DNA of 64,000 nt from Patescibacteria group bacterium (lineage in GTDB: Bacteria > Patescibacteriota > Minisyncoccia > UBA6257 > 2-01-FULL-56-20). Where the stretch lies: assembly GCA_024654525.1 (NCBI GenBank), contig JANLHI010000022.1, positions 3,931 through 67,930 on the forward strand, in the 5' to 3' direction. The notes below the pieces were generated by a model, which saw only the letters and a list, made by a program, of their open reading frames with translations, was not told the origin of the DNA and did not search any database. The translations under genes were made by a program, and so were the position numbers. Position 1 is the first letter of the stretch. Each line of letters starts with the position of its first letter. Positions 38,300 to 48,846 of the stretch are shown one piece after another.

Positions 38300-39070
38300 C
38301 TACACTCCTCCAAGTTTTTTGATAGTTCTTTTCACGCGCATAATACACTTTTCAGTGTTCGAAATAATTTCCTGTTCCGTACAACGAATCACTGTCCATC
38401 CGTAGCGCCGAAGCACTGCATCTTTTTCTTTATCTCTCTCGCGCTGACGCACACTGGAATGCGCTTTCGTATTATCACACTCGATTGCAATCATCCCTCG
38501 CCGACACTTGATTGCAAAATCAATACGGAATCTCTTTTTCTCGCCTTTCTTTCCACATAAAACATTCCATTGCGGATCAACGCGAATATCCGCACGCCGG
38601 AATGCATCGCGCATTATCGCCTCCGTATCCGCTACACCGTAGAGACTTATTATATTTTTTGCAGTTCGAAGTTTCTGCAATGTCGTAAACCCAAATGAAA
38701 CCCTTCGCGGCAACACATTCCACACCGGATGCGGAAGTTCCCGAATCGCCCCCACACGAATCCTTACATAATCGTCTTGTGCTCGAAGATGGCGCTCTTC
38801 TAAGGGTAGGAGCGCCACACGCTTTACCGTACGGCACTCCGCTACGCGAGCATAATAACGAATGCATTTCCCTCCCCACTTGAACGATGACACCGGCTCA
38901 TAAAATGCCAAATACTCAAATGCACGTTTCGGCATATATCGTACCGGAATCCTATACCATCGTTCATTGAAAAGAATACCGAGATCTCTCCGGTTTTTAA
39001 TCACCCCCACAAGCACCGAGCAATCTTTCTTCCTCTCACGATTGACCTTGTTCCGTATTCTTCTGTTCAT
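38300..39070 (-). CDS. DUF559/Vsr-like endonuclease domain protein
   Basis: FRIDFA..AIECD..RDKEKD..GWTVIR; N-terminal WYRIP domain. Confidence 0.8.
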   Translation of the reverse strand: MNRRIRNKVNRERKKDCSVLVGVIKNRRDLGILFNERWYRIPVRYMPKRAFEYLAFYEPVSSFKWGGKCIRYYARVAECRTVKRVALLPLEERHLRAQDDYVRIRVGAIRELPHPVWNVLPRRVSFGFTTLQKLRTAKNIISLYGVADTEAIMRDAFRRADIRVDPQWNVLCGKKGEKKRFRIDFAIKCRRGMIAIECDNTKAHSSVRQRERDKEKDAVLRRYGWTVIRCTEQEIISNTEKCIMRVKRTIKKLGGV

Positions 39071-39338
39071 TCCGACGCAACGCTTCCACCTTCTCTTGTA
39101 TTTTACTCCCTCCCCGCATCGCTTCAATAATTTTTCTCACTTCTTCCGAACCCGTATTACTCGGCATCGCGCTAAACGCCCTCTTAAGATTATCTGCCAT
39201 TTTTTGTGCACTTTCCTGAAGAGCGCTAAACACCACGTCGGGAGGAATGTTTTTCTTTCCGCGATATTTAATAATCCACCACCAATACCGAAAACGAACT
39301 TTTATTATCGGCCATATGCTATACCGTAAAAATCTCAT
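39036..39338 (-). CDS. hypothetical protein
   Basis: 100-aa ORF fitting the gene spacing. Confidence 0.55.
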   Translation of the reverse strand: MRFLRYSIWPIIKVRFRYWWWIIKYRGKKNIPPDVVFSALQESAQKMADNLKRAFSAMPSNTGSEEVRKIIEAMRGGSKIQEKVEALRRNEQKNTEQGQS

Positions 39339-39358
39339 GCTTTTTAGAAGCGCTTATA

Positions 39359-39733
39359 TTATTTCCACGCACTTACCAATACCCATATCGCAAGCGCAAA
39401 CCACACAAGGACTGAAAACCATGCCTTTCCTATTCCTTTTGCTATCACCTCATCTCTTAATTTTAAAATGACATTCGCATAAGGAATAAACCCAAGCCCA
39501 ACAATGAGCATTACAATAAGTGCTATTGCGCCAAATTGTACTGCGGTCACAAGCGGAAGAACATAATATCCCGCCACGGCAAGCAACACCACATACACGA
39601 TTGTAGTCACCGTAGTATGACGATATATCGGATCCACAAGCTTCATCCAAATTCCCGGATTAATAATAACCACGGCAAGCTTTACTAACACTATCACTGA
39701 AAAAACTACGGCAAGTATATCGATTGGAGTCAT
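39359..39733 (-). CDS. hypothetical membrane protein
   Basis: Four hydrophobic segments. Confidence 0.75.
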   Translation of the reverse strand: MTPIDILAVVFSVIVLVKLAVVIINPGIWMKLVDPIYRHTTVTTIVYVVLLAVAGYYVLPLVTAVQFGAIALIVMLIVGLGFIPYANVILKLRDEVIAKGIGKAWFSVLVWFALAIWVLVSAWK

Positions 39734-39796
39734 ATATATACGATAAGATTGATTATTTTCAACTTTCCTTGATTATACCAAAGCAAGAAATCTAAA

Positions 39797-41155
39797 TCAG
39801 TGCAACAATATTTCCTCCTTCTTCAAAGTTCTGCGCAGATATAACCACGAAAACCCTGACGCGGTCCACGTTATCACGAATAATCCCCACCACACTCCGC
39901 CAAGTCCCCAGTGAAACGCGTATACAAACACACTAAAAATCAGCACGGGCGCAACAACCTGCCGTACCATTCCCATCCAAAGGGAAAACATGGGGCGCTT
40001 TAATCCTCTCAAAATAGAATCCACCGCCATAAGTATTCCGTAGGGCCACATCATAAACGCAGCAATACCCAAAAATACCACTCCTATACTCACCACATGC
40101 GTATCGCGAACAAAAAGCCCCATGAGTGGTTGTGCAAAGAAAAAGAGAAAAACCGCTCCTACGGTAGATATCATCAATGCATAACGAAATACGGTATGCA
40201 CAATTTCGTTTACTCGTTCCAGTTTTTTTGCTCCTCGGTTTTGCCCCACTAGTGTTATTGCTGCAATATTGATACCGATAAGTGGGAGAAGCGCAATCTG
40301 CTGTACGCGCGTTCCCACACCATATGCCGCAACGGCACCCTCTCCAAACTTTCCCACAAAATATGTGGAAATAAAGAACCCGATAGCAACACTCATCATA
40401 CTAATACTCGCGGGGAACCCTTGGCGCGCAATTTCTCTATACGTTTTCAGATCCGGCGCAAGTTCGCGATAAAACCTTTTATGAAGAAGCTTTGTGTGGA
40501 GTACTTTCGGAAAAAGGTAAAACACACCTATGAACTCGATGAGGATGGTAGCAAGTGCAATTCCTGCAATGCCCATTGCGGGAACACCAAACCCGCCGAA
40601 CATGAACCAGTAATTGAAAAGGAAATTCATAAAGAACCCCGCGACAAGAAAGTTGCGGAATGATTTTGTATCCCCCACGGAGTTCAATATCGCGTTGAAG
40701 GAAAAAACGAGGATAAACGAAATTGTACCGAGAAATATTACCGACACGTACGATACCGCAAACGCAAGGTATATTCCGGACGCGCCCAATGCGCGGAATA
40801 TGGGCGGCGCGACTGCGAGACCCAGTCCGGTAATAAACACCGAAAGTATGAGTGAAAACGAGATTCCCTGCACCGCATACCGCTTCGCGTCTTCCCGATT
40901 CCCCTCTCCCACCGCGTGCGCAATAAGCGCGGTCACACCGGAGTTTACTCCGGAACCGAGCGCAAGAACAATGAAAAACACCGGGAACGAAAGCGACAGC
41001 GCCGCAACCGCTTCGGTACCCGCAAACCCGCTGAAGTATGCATCCACGATGTTGTACATCGTGTTAAAGAAAAAACCGACACTTGCCGGTATTGCAATCT
41101 TTTTGATGAGGGATGGAATATGTCCCTCGGTTATTTCATTGTGTGATTCGTCCAT
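39797..41155 (-). CDS. MATE efflux transporter
   Basis: 12 TM; YNIVD, GIAGIALAT, GQNRGA. Confidence 0.92.
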   Translation of the reverse strand: MDESHNEITEGHIPSLIKKIAIPASVGFFFNTMYNIVDAYFSGFAGTEAVAALSLSFPVFFIVLALGSGVNSGVTALIAHAVGEGNREDAKRYAVQGISFSLILSVFITGLGLAVAPPIFRALGASGIYLAFAVSYVSVIFLGTISFILVFSFNAILNSVGDTKSFRNFLVAGFFMNFLFNYWFMFGGFGVPAMGIAGIALATILIEFIGVFYLFPKVLHTKLLHKRFYRELAPDLKTYREIARQGFPASISMMSVAIGFFISTYFVGKFGEGAVAAYGVGTRVQQIALLPLIGINIAAITLVGQNRGAKKLERVNEIVHTVFRYALMISTVGAVFLFFFAQPLMGLFVRDTHVVSIGVVFLGIAAFMMWPYGILMAVDSILRGLKRPMFSLWMGMVRQVVAPVLIFSVFVYAFHWGLGGVWWGLFVITWTASGFSWLYLRRTLKKEEILLH

Positions 41156-41200
41156 AGAGTCGGAACATCATATCATGAGAGCCTCTTTTTTCGTAAGACA

Positions 41201-41599
41201 CTACCTTTTCCATTCATCAATTTCCGGATGAAAATCTACCTGGTATTCCGGTATACCAAGAGAAACACCATATTGTTTTGCTGCATCATATTGATCCTTG
41301 CTATGTCGGTCTATGGTAAATATCTTGTTGCGAAAAATAATGTAATGCGTGGTCTCGTTTTTAAAATCCGCGTACCAGTTATGTTTTGCATCAAGCGTGC
41401 GCGATAATGACTCGGCAACTTCTTCTGCTTTTTCTGGAGAGATTTCCACCGTGTGCATTGTCCACGCTTCAACCCACGGCGTTTTATGTTTTTCCACCAC
41501 CCGCTCTATTTTGGTACTCAAAATTACAACGTCTTTTAAAACATCTTTATTCTCCAGACTCTCTTCAATGATTACCCCTTTATAATCCATATTGTTCAT
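41201..41599 (-). CDS. hypothetical protein
   Basis: IIEESL..WTMH..WYADF..GIPEYQVDF; conserved-looking. Confidence 0.75.
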   Translation of the reverse strand: MNNMDYKGVIIEESLENKDVLKDVVILSTKIERVVEKHKTPWVEAWTMHTVEISPEKAEEVAESLSRTLDAKHNWYADFKNETTHYIIFRNKIFTIDRHSKDQYDAAKQYGVSLGIPEYQVDFHPEIDEWKR

Positions 41600-41734
41600 T
41601 GATTTAAATATTTAAGAATTCCGATTTAAAACTATCATATCATGAATTTAATTGTGTATTGGTAAAAATAAAACAACCAATGGGCAAAACCACGGGTTGT
41701 TCTACTGTTTCCGCCCTTCAGGCGGGTAATGTTG

Positions 41735-42046
41735 TCACGCTGGCTGGAGCGCGCAAACCCCTGCGAGATCGCTCTCTTCAACCTCTCCTGCTTTCAGAAG
41801 GAGTTCGAATACTCTCTTGATATCCCCGTCACTCAGTTCGGCGCTAACAGAGTGCACTTCCACTCTTTGAATAGCGTTGTCGAATTCCACCACGGCAATC
41901 ACTATTTTTTCACCTACGAAAATCGATGGGGGGAATTGCCTCACCTTTATTCCCGAAGATGCCCCGCAAGTGAGGCGATCTCTCCATTCAATCGAATGTC
42001 GGGGATGAAACTCTCTTAACTTTTCCATAAACTCGTCGGAGTTCAT
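41735..42046 (-). CDS. hypothetical protein
   Basis: 103-aa ORF followed by a terminator-like hairpin. Confidence 0.55.
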   Translation of the reverse strand: MNSDEFMEKLREFHPRHSIEWRDRLTCGASSGIKVRQFPPSIFVGEKIVIAVVEFDNAIQRVEVHSVSAELSDGDIKRVFELLLKAGEVEESDLAGVCALQPA

Positions 42047-42141
42047 ATTTATCTCGCTTTCTTATATTAAATTTTCAGCCCTTCTTCCCTATTTTAAATT
42101 CTACGCCAACCCTTCTTCCCCGCAAATCGGGATATCCACCG

Positions 42142-43497
42142 TTACCGACTCCGTCGAGAGTGACCACTGAATCCGGGACGAGGAGAAGAATTGCCGAAGC
42201 CACCTCGTGAGGGCGGGCGACGTCCGAAACTCGGACGAGGATATGGTGAAGAAGAAGTGGAGGAATAAGGACGAGCGCTGGTGCGACCATAGTTACTGCG
42301 TGGCGCAGAAGAAGAAAACCGCGGACTGCGATTTCCAAATCTTTGAAACGGTTCGCGTTCCGGCATCGTTTCTGCACGTGCGGGAGGAAGATCTTCGGGA
42401 AGTTTTGAAAGCGGGAGCGTCGAACGAATAAGACGCTCAATACTTCGCACACCTCCTTTTTCATTCGGCGTTGCAAATGATACTGCGTGTCCCACACCAC
42501 CCATGCGTCCCGTGCGCCCGATGCGATGCACATAATCCTCCGCACTTGCGGGTAAATCATAGTTCACCACAAGCGCGATTCCCTTTACATCAATACCGCG
42601 TGCAGCGATATCCGTTGCTACAAGTATTCGATATCTCCCATTTTTAAATCCTTCAAGCGCTTCCTTCCGTTGCATAAGCGAACGATTCGAATGAATCTCG
42701 GCGGCACTATGCCCCAACACGCGCAACCCCGCCGCAATCCGTTTTGCGCTATATTTCATTCTCGCAAAAATCAAAGTTGAACCCTTTCCTTCCGCAAGAA
42801 TTTTCTCAAGAAGGCGCGATTTATCCTGTCGTTGCACAAAGAAAACTTCCTGCGTCACTTTTTCTGCCGCAGTACCTTGCGGTGCGATCTCCACGCGCAC
42901 GGGTAACTTCATATGCGCACGTGCAATACGCACTATGTCTTCCGGCATCGTTGCGGAAAAAAGCAATGTCTGTCGTGCATCGGGCGGGGGCAATACCGAA
43001 AGAATACGTTTCAATTGCGGAGCAAATCCCATGTCAAACATCCTATCCGCCTCGTCGAGTGTAAGAATCTTCACTCCGCTCAACGATACTGTTTTTTGCT
43101 CCAAGTGATCAATAATTCTCCCCGGCGTACCGATAACCACATGCGGGTTTCGGCGAAGCTGTTGTAATTGCCTTCCAATCGCTTCCCCCCCGATAAGCAC
43201 CACAGATTTTATACCCAAAGGAACACCCACTTTCCCAAATGTTTCTTGTACTTGCAACGCCAATTCGCGCGTAGGTACCACAATAAGCCCCTTATCACCG
43301 CGAAGCGCCGCTTGTATCATTGGAATCGCAAATGCCAAGGTTTTTCCTGTTCCCGTTTGTGCAATACCCACCAAATCCTTTCCTTCGATCGAAGAAGGAA
43401 TGGATCGTTCTTGAATAGGCGTAGGTGTAGTAAACCCCGATTTCTCAAGTATATCTAAAATATTCGGCGCAATGCCAAGACTCTGAAAGTTACTCAT
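42142..43497 (-). CDS. DEAD-box RNA helicase
   Basis: TGTGKT, PTRELA, DEAD, SAT, HRIGRTGR. Confidence 0.95.
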   Translation of the reverse strand: MSNFQSLGIAPNILDILEKSGFTTPTPIQERSIPSSIEGKDLVGIAQTGTGKTLAFAIPMIQAALRGDKGLIVVPTRELALQVQETFGKVGVPLGIKSVVLIGGEAIGRQLQQLRRNPHVVIGTPGRIIDHLEQKTVSLSGVKILTLDEADRMFDMGFAPQLKRILSVLPPPDARQTLLFSATMPEDIVRIARAHMKLPVRVEIAPQGTAAEKVTQEVFFVQRQDKSRLLEKILAEGKGSTLIFARMKYSAKRIAAGLRVLGHSAAEIHSNRSLMQRKEALEGFKNGRYRILVATDIAARGIDVKGIALVVNYDLPASAEDYVHRIGRTGRMGGVGHAVSFATPNEKGGVRSIERLIRSTLPLSKLPEDLPPARAETMPEREPFQRFGNRSPRFSSSAPRSNYGRTSARPYSSTSSSPYPRPSFGRRPPSRGGFGNSSPRPGFSGHSRRSR

Positions 43498-43629
43498 GTG
43501 GGTACCCTACCACAGAAATGATGAAATACCTAATTTTTGTCAAAGTTTTTCTAAACTACGCATTGTAAAATAAGAACAACCACCGCGCGTACGCAACTGC
43601 GATTGTCGTGAATATTTATAGAAACTGTC

Positions 43630-43667
43630 TTCATATTCAAGTATTTTGCAAAATACTTGAATATGAA
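43630..43667. repeat. 38-bp perfect palindrome (downstream of ArsR-1)
   Basis: TTCATATTCAAGTATTTTG|CAAAATACTTGAATATGAA. Confidence 0.95.
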
Positions 43668-43717
43668 ATATACCCCAATGTTGATCCTTAAAACTCCTAC
43701 AGGGGATCACACAATAG

Positions 43718-43990
43718 TTATGTAAGCGAACGGCAAAAAGAGAACACCGCCTCCGCTCGAAGAGTAAGTTTGTGGCGCACGGTCGTACCTTCGTACCGCT
43801 TTATCACCAACCCCGCAATTGCAAGTTTTCGAATATGATCGGATGCATTCTGATAATTCATACGAAGCTCATCGGCAATCTCCTCCACGGAAAGCTCCGG
43901 CTTTTTCTTCAAAAGTTCGAATATTTCCAATCGTCGATGATTCGCAAATCCTTTAATAATTCGCTCAAGTCTTCGTGAAGTATTATTCAT
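43718..43990 (-). CDS. ArsR/SmtB family wHTH regulator
   Basis: FANHRRLEI..SVEEIA..ASDHIRKL..GLV. Confidence 0.85.
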   Translation of the reverse strand: MNNTSRRLERIIKGFANHRRLEIFELLKKKPELSVEEIADELRMNYQNASDHIRKLAIAGLVIKRYEGTTVRHKLTLRAEAVFSFCRSLT

Positions 43991-44019
43991 ATCTCCCTTG
44001 CTATTATTACACACTGACT

Positions 44020-44057
44020 CCACTATTCAAGTATTTTGCAAAATACTTGAATAGTGG
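44020..44057. repeat. 38-bp perfect palindrome (upstream of ArsR-1)
   Basis: CCACTATTCAAGTATTTTG|CAAAATACTTGAATAGTGG. Confidence 0.95.
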
Positions 44058-44115
44058 GATGCGATTTCTTTTTTATTTTTTGAGAAAACAATGAAGTTTG
44101 GTGTATAGTAAGACC

Positions 44116-44382
44116 ATGCAAAAAGAAAAAATATTAGAGGAGCTAAACGAGGCAAAACAAAGCATTTTAAAACGCATGACTACCTATATCGGGGCGGGAT
44201 TCGGACTCGTTGTCGGTCTTGCGTGGAACGATGCGATTGCAGTCCTTATCCGTACAATTTTTCCCGATGCAACCGGCACAATTATCGCAAAGTTTATTTA
44301 TGCGTTTCTTCTTACCGTCATTGTCGGTATGGTACTGTATTCCATGGAAAAGATTTTAAACAAAACCGACGGTAAAAAATAA
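44116..44382 (+). CDS. small membrane protein (DUF5654-like)
   Basis: GFGLVVGLAWNDAI. Confidence 0.75.
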   Translation: MQKEKILEELNEAKQSILKRMTTYIGAGFGLVVGLAWNDAIAVLIRTIFPDATGTIIAKFIYAFLLTVIVGMVLYSMEKILNKTDGKK

Positions 44383-44392
44383 TATATTCTTT

Positions 44393-45088
44393 ATGAAACA
44401 TAATCTGCTTTTTCTCGACACGGAAACCACCGGCATGGAAAACGGAAGGGTGGTACAGCTTGCGTATAAAAAAGAGGGTGATGCGGATACATTTGTAGCA
44501 TACTACAAACCGCCAATACCGATTGAAATTGAAGCAATGGTGGTGCACCACATCACCGAAAAGCATGTTGCGGATAAACCGGCATTCGCAACGTCGGAAA
44601 CACGCGCCACTCTCTCCGAACTGCTTACGGATTCCATCTTGGTCGCGCACAATGCCAAATTCGATATCGGAATACTCGCGAACGAAGGAGTTTCTACGCA
44701 ACATTCCATTTGTACATTGAAGGTCGCGCAAACAATGTATGACTATCCTATGTATAAACTGCAATACCTGCGTTACCTGTGGGGAATCGATATCGCTGAA
44801 GCGCTTGCCCACGATGCACGGGGAGATGTTGCCGTTCTTGAAAAAGCATTTGAACACATGGCAACCGAGTACGCCGCATCGCACAACCTTACCGCCGAAG
44901 AAACCATAGAGGCGTTTGTGGAGATAACACGGAATCCGATACTCCTTAGACGGGCGAGCTTCGGAAAATATGTCGGAAAAACATTTGAGGAAATAAAAAA
45001 AATTGATCGGGACTATCTCCGATGGATGGGAACGCTCAAAGACAAAGATGAGGATTTTCTCTATACCGTACAACACCACCTCTCCTGA
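44393..45088 (+). CDS. DEDDh 3'-5' exonuclease (ExoX-like)
   Basis: LDTETTG, AHNAKFD, AHDARGD, FGKY. Confidence 0.9.
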   Translation: MKHNLLFLDTETTGMENGRVVQLAYKKEGDADTFVAYYKPPIPIEIEAMVVHHITEKHVADKPAFATSETRATLSELLTDSILVAHNAKFDIGILANEGVSTQHSICTLKVAQTMYDYPMYKLQYLRYLWGIDIAEALAHDARGDVAVLEKAFEHMATEYAASHNLTAEETIEAFVEITRNPILLRRASFGKYVGKTFEEIKKIDRDYLRWMGTLKDKDEDFLYTVQHHLS

Positions 45089-45089
45089 A

Positions 45090-48071
45090 TCATTGCATTC
45101 CCCTTCTCAATTCACAATATTTACACTTCGCATCGTCGCAACAACGATCCCAAAACGAAAGACTTCGTATCTCGTTCGCCACGGAAACAATCAACGCCTC
45201 CAGCTCCTTCACTTCTCCGGAAACGACAGTAAATTCTTCCTGATGGAATTTTCCGCGTTCGTCGGGCTCTATAAATTGAATAACGCCGGACGTCATATCG
45301 TATTTCCCCTCTTTTTCCAAAAGAAGCTTATAGAACACAAGCTGACGTTTATAGTCACCGGTGCTTGATTTGGTATTTCCTTCAATCTCGTTTCTGGTCT
45401 TCGGTTTTCCGGTTTTATAATCGATAATGCGTGCGTGCGCATCTCCCGAAAATTCAATCCGGTCAATTTTTCCGTTTACAGGGATGACATCCCCAACAGT
45501 AACACCGCTTATTTTCACTTCGTTCGCGGCATGCGGAGACCACTCCGCATGATATTCGTCATAATATGCGGCAAGCGCTTTCTTTCCTTTCTCGCAAGCT
45601 TCCTTGTATTCGCTCTCCTCAATCGGCTCGCGCGCCATAGCTTCTTCAAAACGCGCAATAAGATATGCCTTCCCTTTATTTTCTTTCGCTGTCAATGCAT
45701 CAAAATAATTTTTGAGCGCCGCGTGAATCGCGTTACCGAATGAGAGGTGTTTATTGGGAGATTCCGGAATACGTATCAAATTTCGATAAAAATATTTCCA
45801 CGGACATGAAAGGTAATTGTTAAGCGCAGTAACCGATACTCCTTTTTCCTCAAAAAGTGCGCTTAAAAAATCTTTATCTTTCAATTCCGGCGTTTTTGCG
45901 GATATGGGCGCAAACATCATTTCGCGATGCGCGGAAAATTTCCGCTCGTACAAATCCGCGTCGTAGGGTACTAACACATCTTCTTTCAATTCCGCGATGA
46001 ATTTTGAAGGTAATTGCTCTTTTCCGTCATGGTCCGTTTTCGCAAGCGTTACAAAAAGTTCTTTCTTCGCACGCGTAAGCGCGACGTAAAATACATTCCG
46101 CTCATCTTCATCATCTTCTTCAAGAATATTTTCCACGGATTCAAGTACGCGATAAATCTTCCTCGGTAACTTGATATGCTCGCGGTGGAATCGCGAACCC
46201 CATTTGCGGTCAATCGCATTCATAACAAACACTCGATCAAACTCCTGTCCTTTTGCACGATGCGCGGTCATAAGCCGAACTCTCCCCACAAGCCGTAATG
46301 TCTCCGCGCTTTTTACCGCAATGCCATGGTTGCTCATTATATCAAGATACTCAAAGAAATCGTTCAACGTATAGCTCTTCTGCCGTGCAATAAATGATTT
46401 AAGAATATCAAAAAGGGCATGGAGTTTTGCGATTTTCTCCGTCGTGGACGGGTGATTCACTATCGCGTTCAAAAACCCCGAATCATGCACAATCATCTCG
46501 AATGATTCTCCCGCACCTTTATTCTTCGAAACCTTTTTCCATGCGGAAAGTTTCTCAAACAGAGTAAGACATGCGTCTTTCGACTCTATATTCGCCAAAC
46601 CCAGCATCTCCGCCGAACGCAACACATCATATACCTTCTTTCGATTCTTCCCCGCAAAAGAAAATAATTTATACACATCAAGTGGCGGAATACCCAAAAA
46701 ATCAACGTGAAGCATTTCTACAAGCGCAACATCGTTTCCAAAGTGTTGTACGGCGCGTAATATGCGGATAAGTTTTTTTATCTCTTCGTCTCCCAACACA
46801 TCCTGATCGGATTCGATATTGAAAGGAACTTTTTCTCTCTCTAACATACGTACAAGCGGAATAACATCTTTATTATCCCGATAGATCACCGCAATATCCT
46901 TTGGATCCTCTTTCTCGTCAATTAATTCCTTTATTGTTCGGGCAATAAAATAGTATTCAACGTCGGGAGAAGATAACGCAACCACATGCGCGGGTACTTC
47001 GGGATGTCCCGCATTTGCAGTAAGTGCCACTTCACGCGGAGAAACCATGTGCGCCGCATTCAAGATCGCCTGCGTGGAGCGGTAATTATTACGAAGAGAA
47101 ATAAGCGCCACGTCGCGATATTTCTTTTTGAAATAATGAAAGTTTTCCAAAGACGCCCCCTGAAAACGAAAAATCGCCTGCTTTTCGTCCCCCACTACAA
47201 ATAAATTGGGACGGTCGCTCCCGCCTGCCATAAGCTCAATTATTTTATTCTGCCCGTCATTCGTATCCTGATGCTCGTCCACAAGGAAAAAATCATACGT
47301 ATCGCGAAGAACTCGGAGCATGTCTTCGTTTTCTTCAAGCGCGTGCGACACGAACATAATCATGTCGCTATAGTCGTACTGTTTTGCACTGCGAAGTGCC
47401 TGCTGATATTTCTCATACATTGTCGCCAACTCTTCATTTCGCTCGACGTGTTTTGCAGGCGACAAATATTTCGTTTTCATTTTCCCCTCGTATTTTCCAG
47501 ATTGATTGATCAAATCCGGATTCGCATAAAAACTCTTCTTCTCATCGGCGGCTATTTTTTTAAAACCATCCGGGTCTATTCCCTGACGCTTCAGCTCGCT
47601 GATAGCGCTCATGATGTTGCGAAGATAATAATAACGATCCCCAAACGGACGCAGCTCCTTAAGTGGCAACGTGTCGATAAGGTGGCGAAGAATAGTTATC
47701 TGATCAATCTCCGTAATATTCGAAGCCCCGATGATGTGCGGAAAGTAATCGGGATAATCACGGATAATACGGTTTGCAAAACCGTGGAACGTTGAAATCT
47801 CAACACGATACGAGTTCTTCCCAACAAGCTCCGAAAGTCTTCTGCGCATCGAAATCGCGCCGGACTCCGTAAAAGTAAGCGCCAAAATTTTCTCCGGAGG
47901 CGTTTCCGTTTTCTCCAAGATATTCGCGATACGCATGGTAAGTACCTCGGTCTTTCCGGTACCCGGCCCCGCGATTACCATCACCGGCCCCTCAATACTA
48001 TCAACCGCTTCCCGCTGTTCTTTATTCAGCTCCTTATAACGGTCGATAAAGTTTTCTGTTACATATGTCAT
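45090..48071 (-). CDS. UvrD/PcrA-like helicase fused to a PD-(D/E)XK nuclease
   Basis: AGPGTGKT, VDEHQD, HRAKGQE; C-terminal GKIDRI..IDYKTG and Cys cluster. Confidence 0.92.
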   Translation of the reverse strand: MTYVTENFIDRYKELNKEQREAVDSIEGPVMVIAGPGTGKTEVLTMRIANILEKTETPPEKILALTFTESGAISMRRRLSELVGKNSYRVEISTFHGFANRIIRDYPDYFPHIIGASNITEIDQITILRHLIDTLPLKELRPFGDRYYYLRNIMSAISELKRQGIDPDGFKKIAADEKKSFYANPDLINQSGKYEGKMKTKYLSPAKHVERNEELATMYEKYQQALRSAKQYDYSDMIMFVSHALEENEDMLRVLRDTYDFFLVDEHQDTNDGQNKIIELMAGGSDRPNLFVVGDEKQAIFRFQGASLENFHYFKKKYRDVALISLRNNYRSTQAILNAAHMVSPREVALTANAGHPEVPAHVVALSSPDVEYYFIARTIKELIDEKEDPKDIAVIYRDNKDVIPLVRMLEREKVPFNIESDQDVLGDEEIKKLIRILRAVQHFGNDVALVEMLHVDFLGIPPLDVYKLFSFAGKNRKKVYDVLRSAEMLGLANIESKDACLTLFEKLSAWKKVSKNKGAGESFEMIVHDSGFLNAIVNHPSTTEKIAKLHALFDILKSFIARQKSYTLNDFFEYLDIMSNHGIAVKSAETLRLVGRVRLMTAHRAKGQEFDRVFVMNAIDRKWGSRFHREHIKLPRKIYRVLESVENILEEDDEDERNVFYVALTRAKKELFVTLAKTDHDGKEQLPSKFIAELKEDVLVPYDADLYERKFSAHREMMFAPISAKTPELKDKDFLSALFEEKGVSVTALNNYLSCPWKYFYRNLIRIPESPNKHLSFGNAIHAALKNYFDALTAKENKGKAYLIARFEEAMAREPIEESEYKEACEKGKKALAAYYDEYHAEWSPHAANEVKISGVTVGDVIPVNGKIDRIEFSGDAHARIIDYKTGKPKTRNEIEGNTKSSTGDYKRQLVFYKLLLEKEGKYDMTSGVIQFIEPDERGKFHQEEFTVVSGEVKELEALIVSVANEIRSLSFWDRCCDDAKCKYCELRRGMQ

Positions 48072-48194
48072 ATAAAATATATCCCTGTCGCCTGCGGTTA
48101 CTTTCGCCTTTTCCCCCAGTATACCACTATGACACGTGATGCCGATGTTCTCTCATACTCCAATGAAACCGACATTATTTTGAAATATTTTTCT

Positions 48195-48224
48195 TATTCT
48201 CCTATTCGCGCGAATCAGAGAATA
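48195..48224. repeat. 30-bp imperfect palindrome, copy 1
   Basis: 27/30 identical to 54897-54926. Confidence 0.7.
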
Positions 48225-48264
48225 CACACAACAAAGCTATGAAGATGACTAGCGTATAAAAAAA

Positions 48265-48831
48265 TCAACCGCCGGATTGCCAACGGTAAATGAATTCTGG
48301 CTGATAGATAAAGTTTGTGATGTTGAGTGTCAGGTTGTCATGAATCACATATCCGGTAAACACTTCAAACGCCAGTGCGAGAGTAACGGTGAACCATATC
48401 GGCACACGGAATGCCATGAAAAATCCAAGCATCATGGAAAATGTGTCGAGTACCGAGTTGATAATGCTGTCTCCCGAATACCCTTGTGCTAACGCCTGTT
48501 CGCGATACGCGTTGATTACCCATGGCGTGTTTTCCGCAATCTCCCATCCGATTTCGATTCCCATCGCGACAAGAAGGCGTGTCGCCATCGGCATTCGTGG
48601 AAAAAGCCAACGAAGTAATGCATAGAAAAGGAATCCGTGAATGATATGCGAAAACGTGTACCAGTCAAAAAGTTGCTGGGACATCTCCGATGACAACGCT
48701 TCGCTTACCCAAAATTGTATATTTCCGCTCGCAGAGATGAGCGGCTGTCCGAGGAGTGTCAACACCCCCGCCTGCAGGGTTACCAGTCCGAGAGCGATAA
48801 TAGCGACGTGTAGTACGGTGACTTTTTTCAT
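48265..48831 (-). CDS. DUF2585-like membrane protein
   Basis: DWYTFSHIIHG, WEIAENTP, YSGDS, DNLTLN. Confidence 0.85.
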   Translation of the reverse strand: MKKVTVLHVAIIALGLVTLQAGVLTLLGQPLISASGNIQFWVSEALSSEMSQQLFDWYTFSHIIHGFLFYALLRWLFPRMPMATRLLVAMGIEIGWEIAENTPWVINAYREQALAQGYSGDSIINSVLDTFSMMLGFFMAFRVPIWFTVTLALAFEVFTGYVIHDNLTLNITNFIYQPEFIYRWQSGG

Positions 48832-48846
48832 ACTGAATTCAGTATA

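Noticed and set aside
43630-44057. CRISPR array or IS element at the palindrome pairs
   Set aside because: There are only two copies about 350 bp apart, with no cas or transposase genes and no target-site duplication identified.
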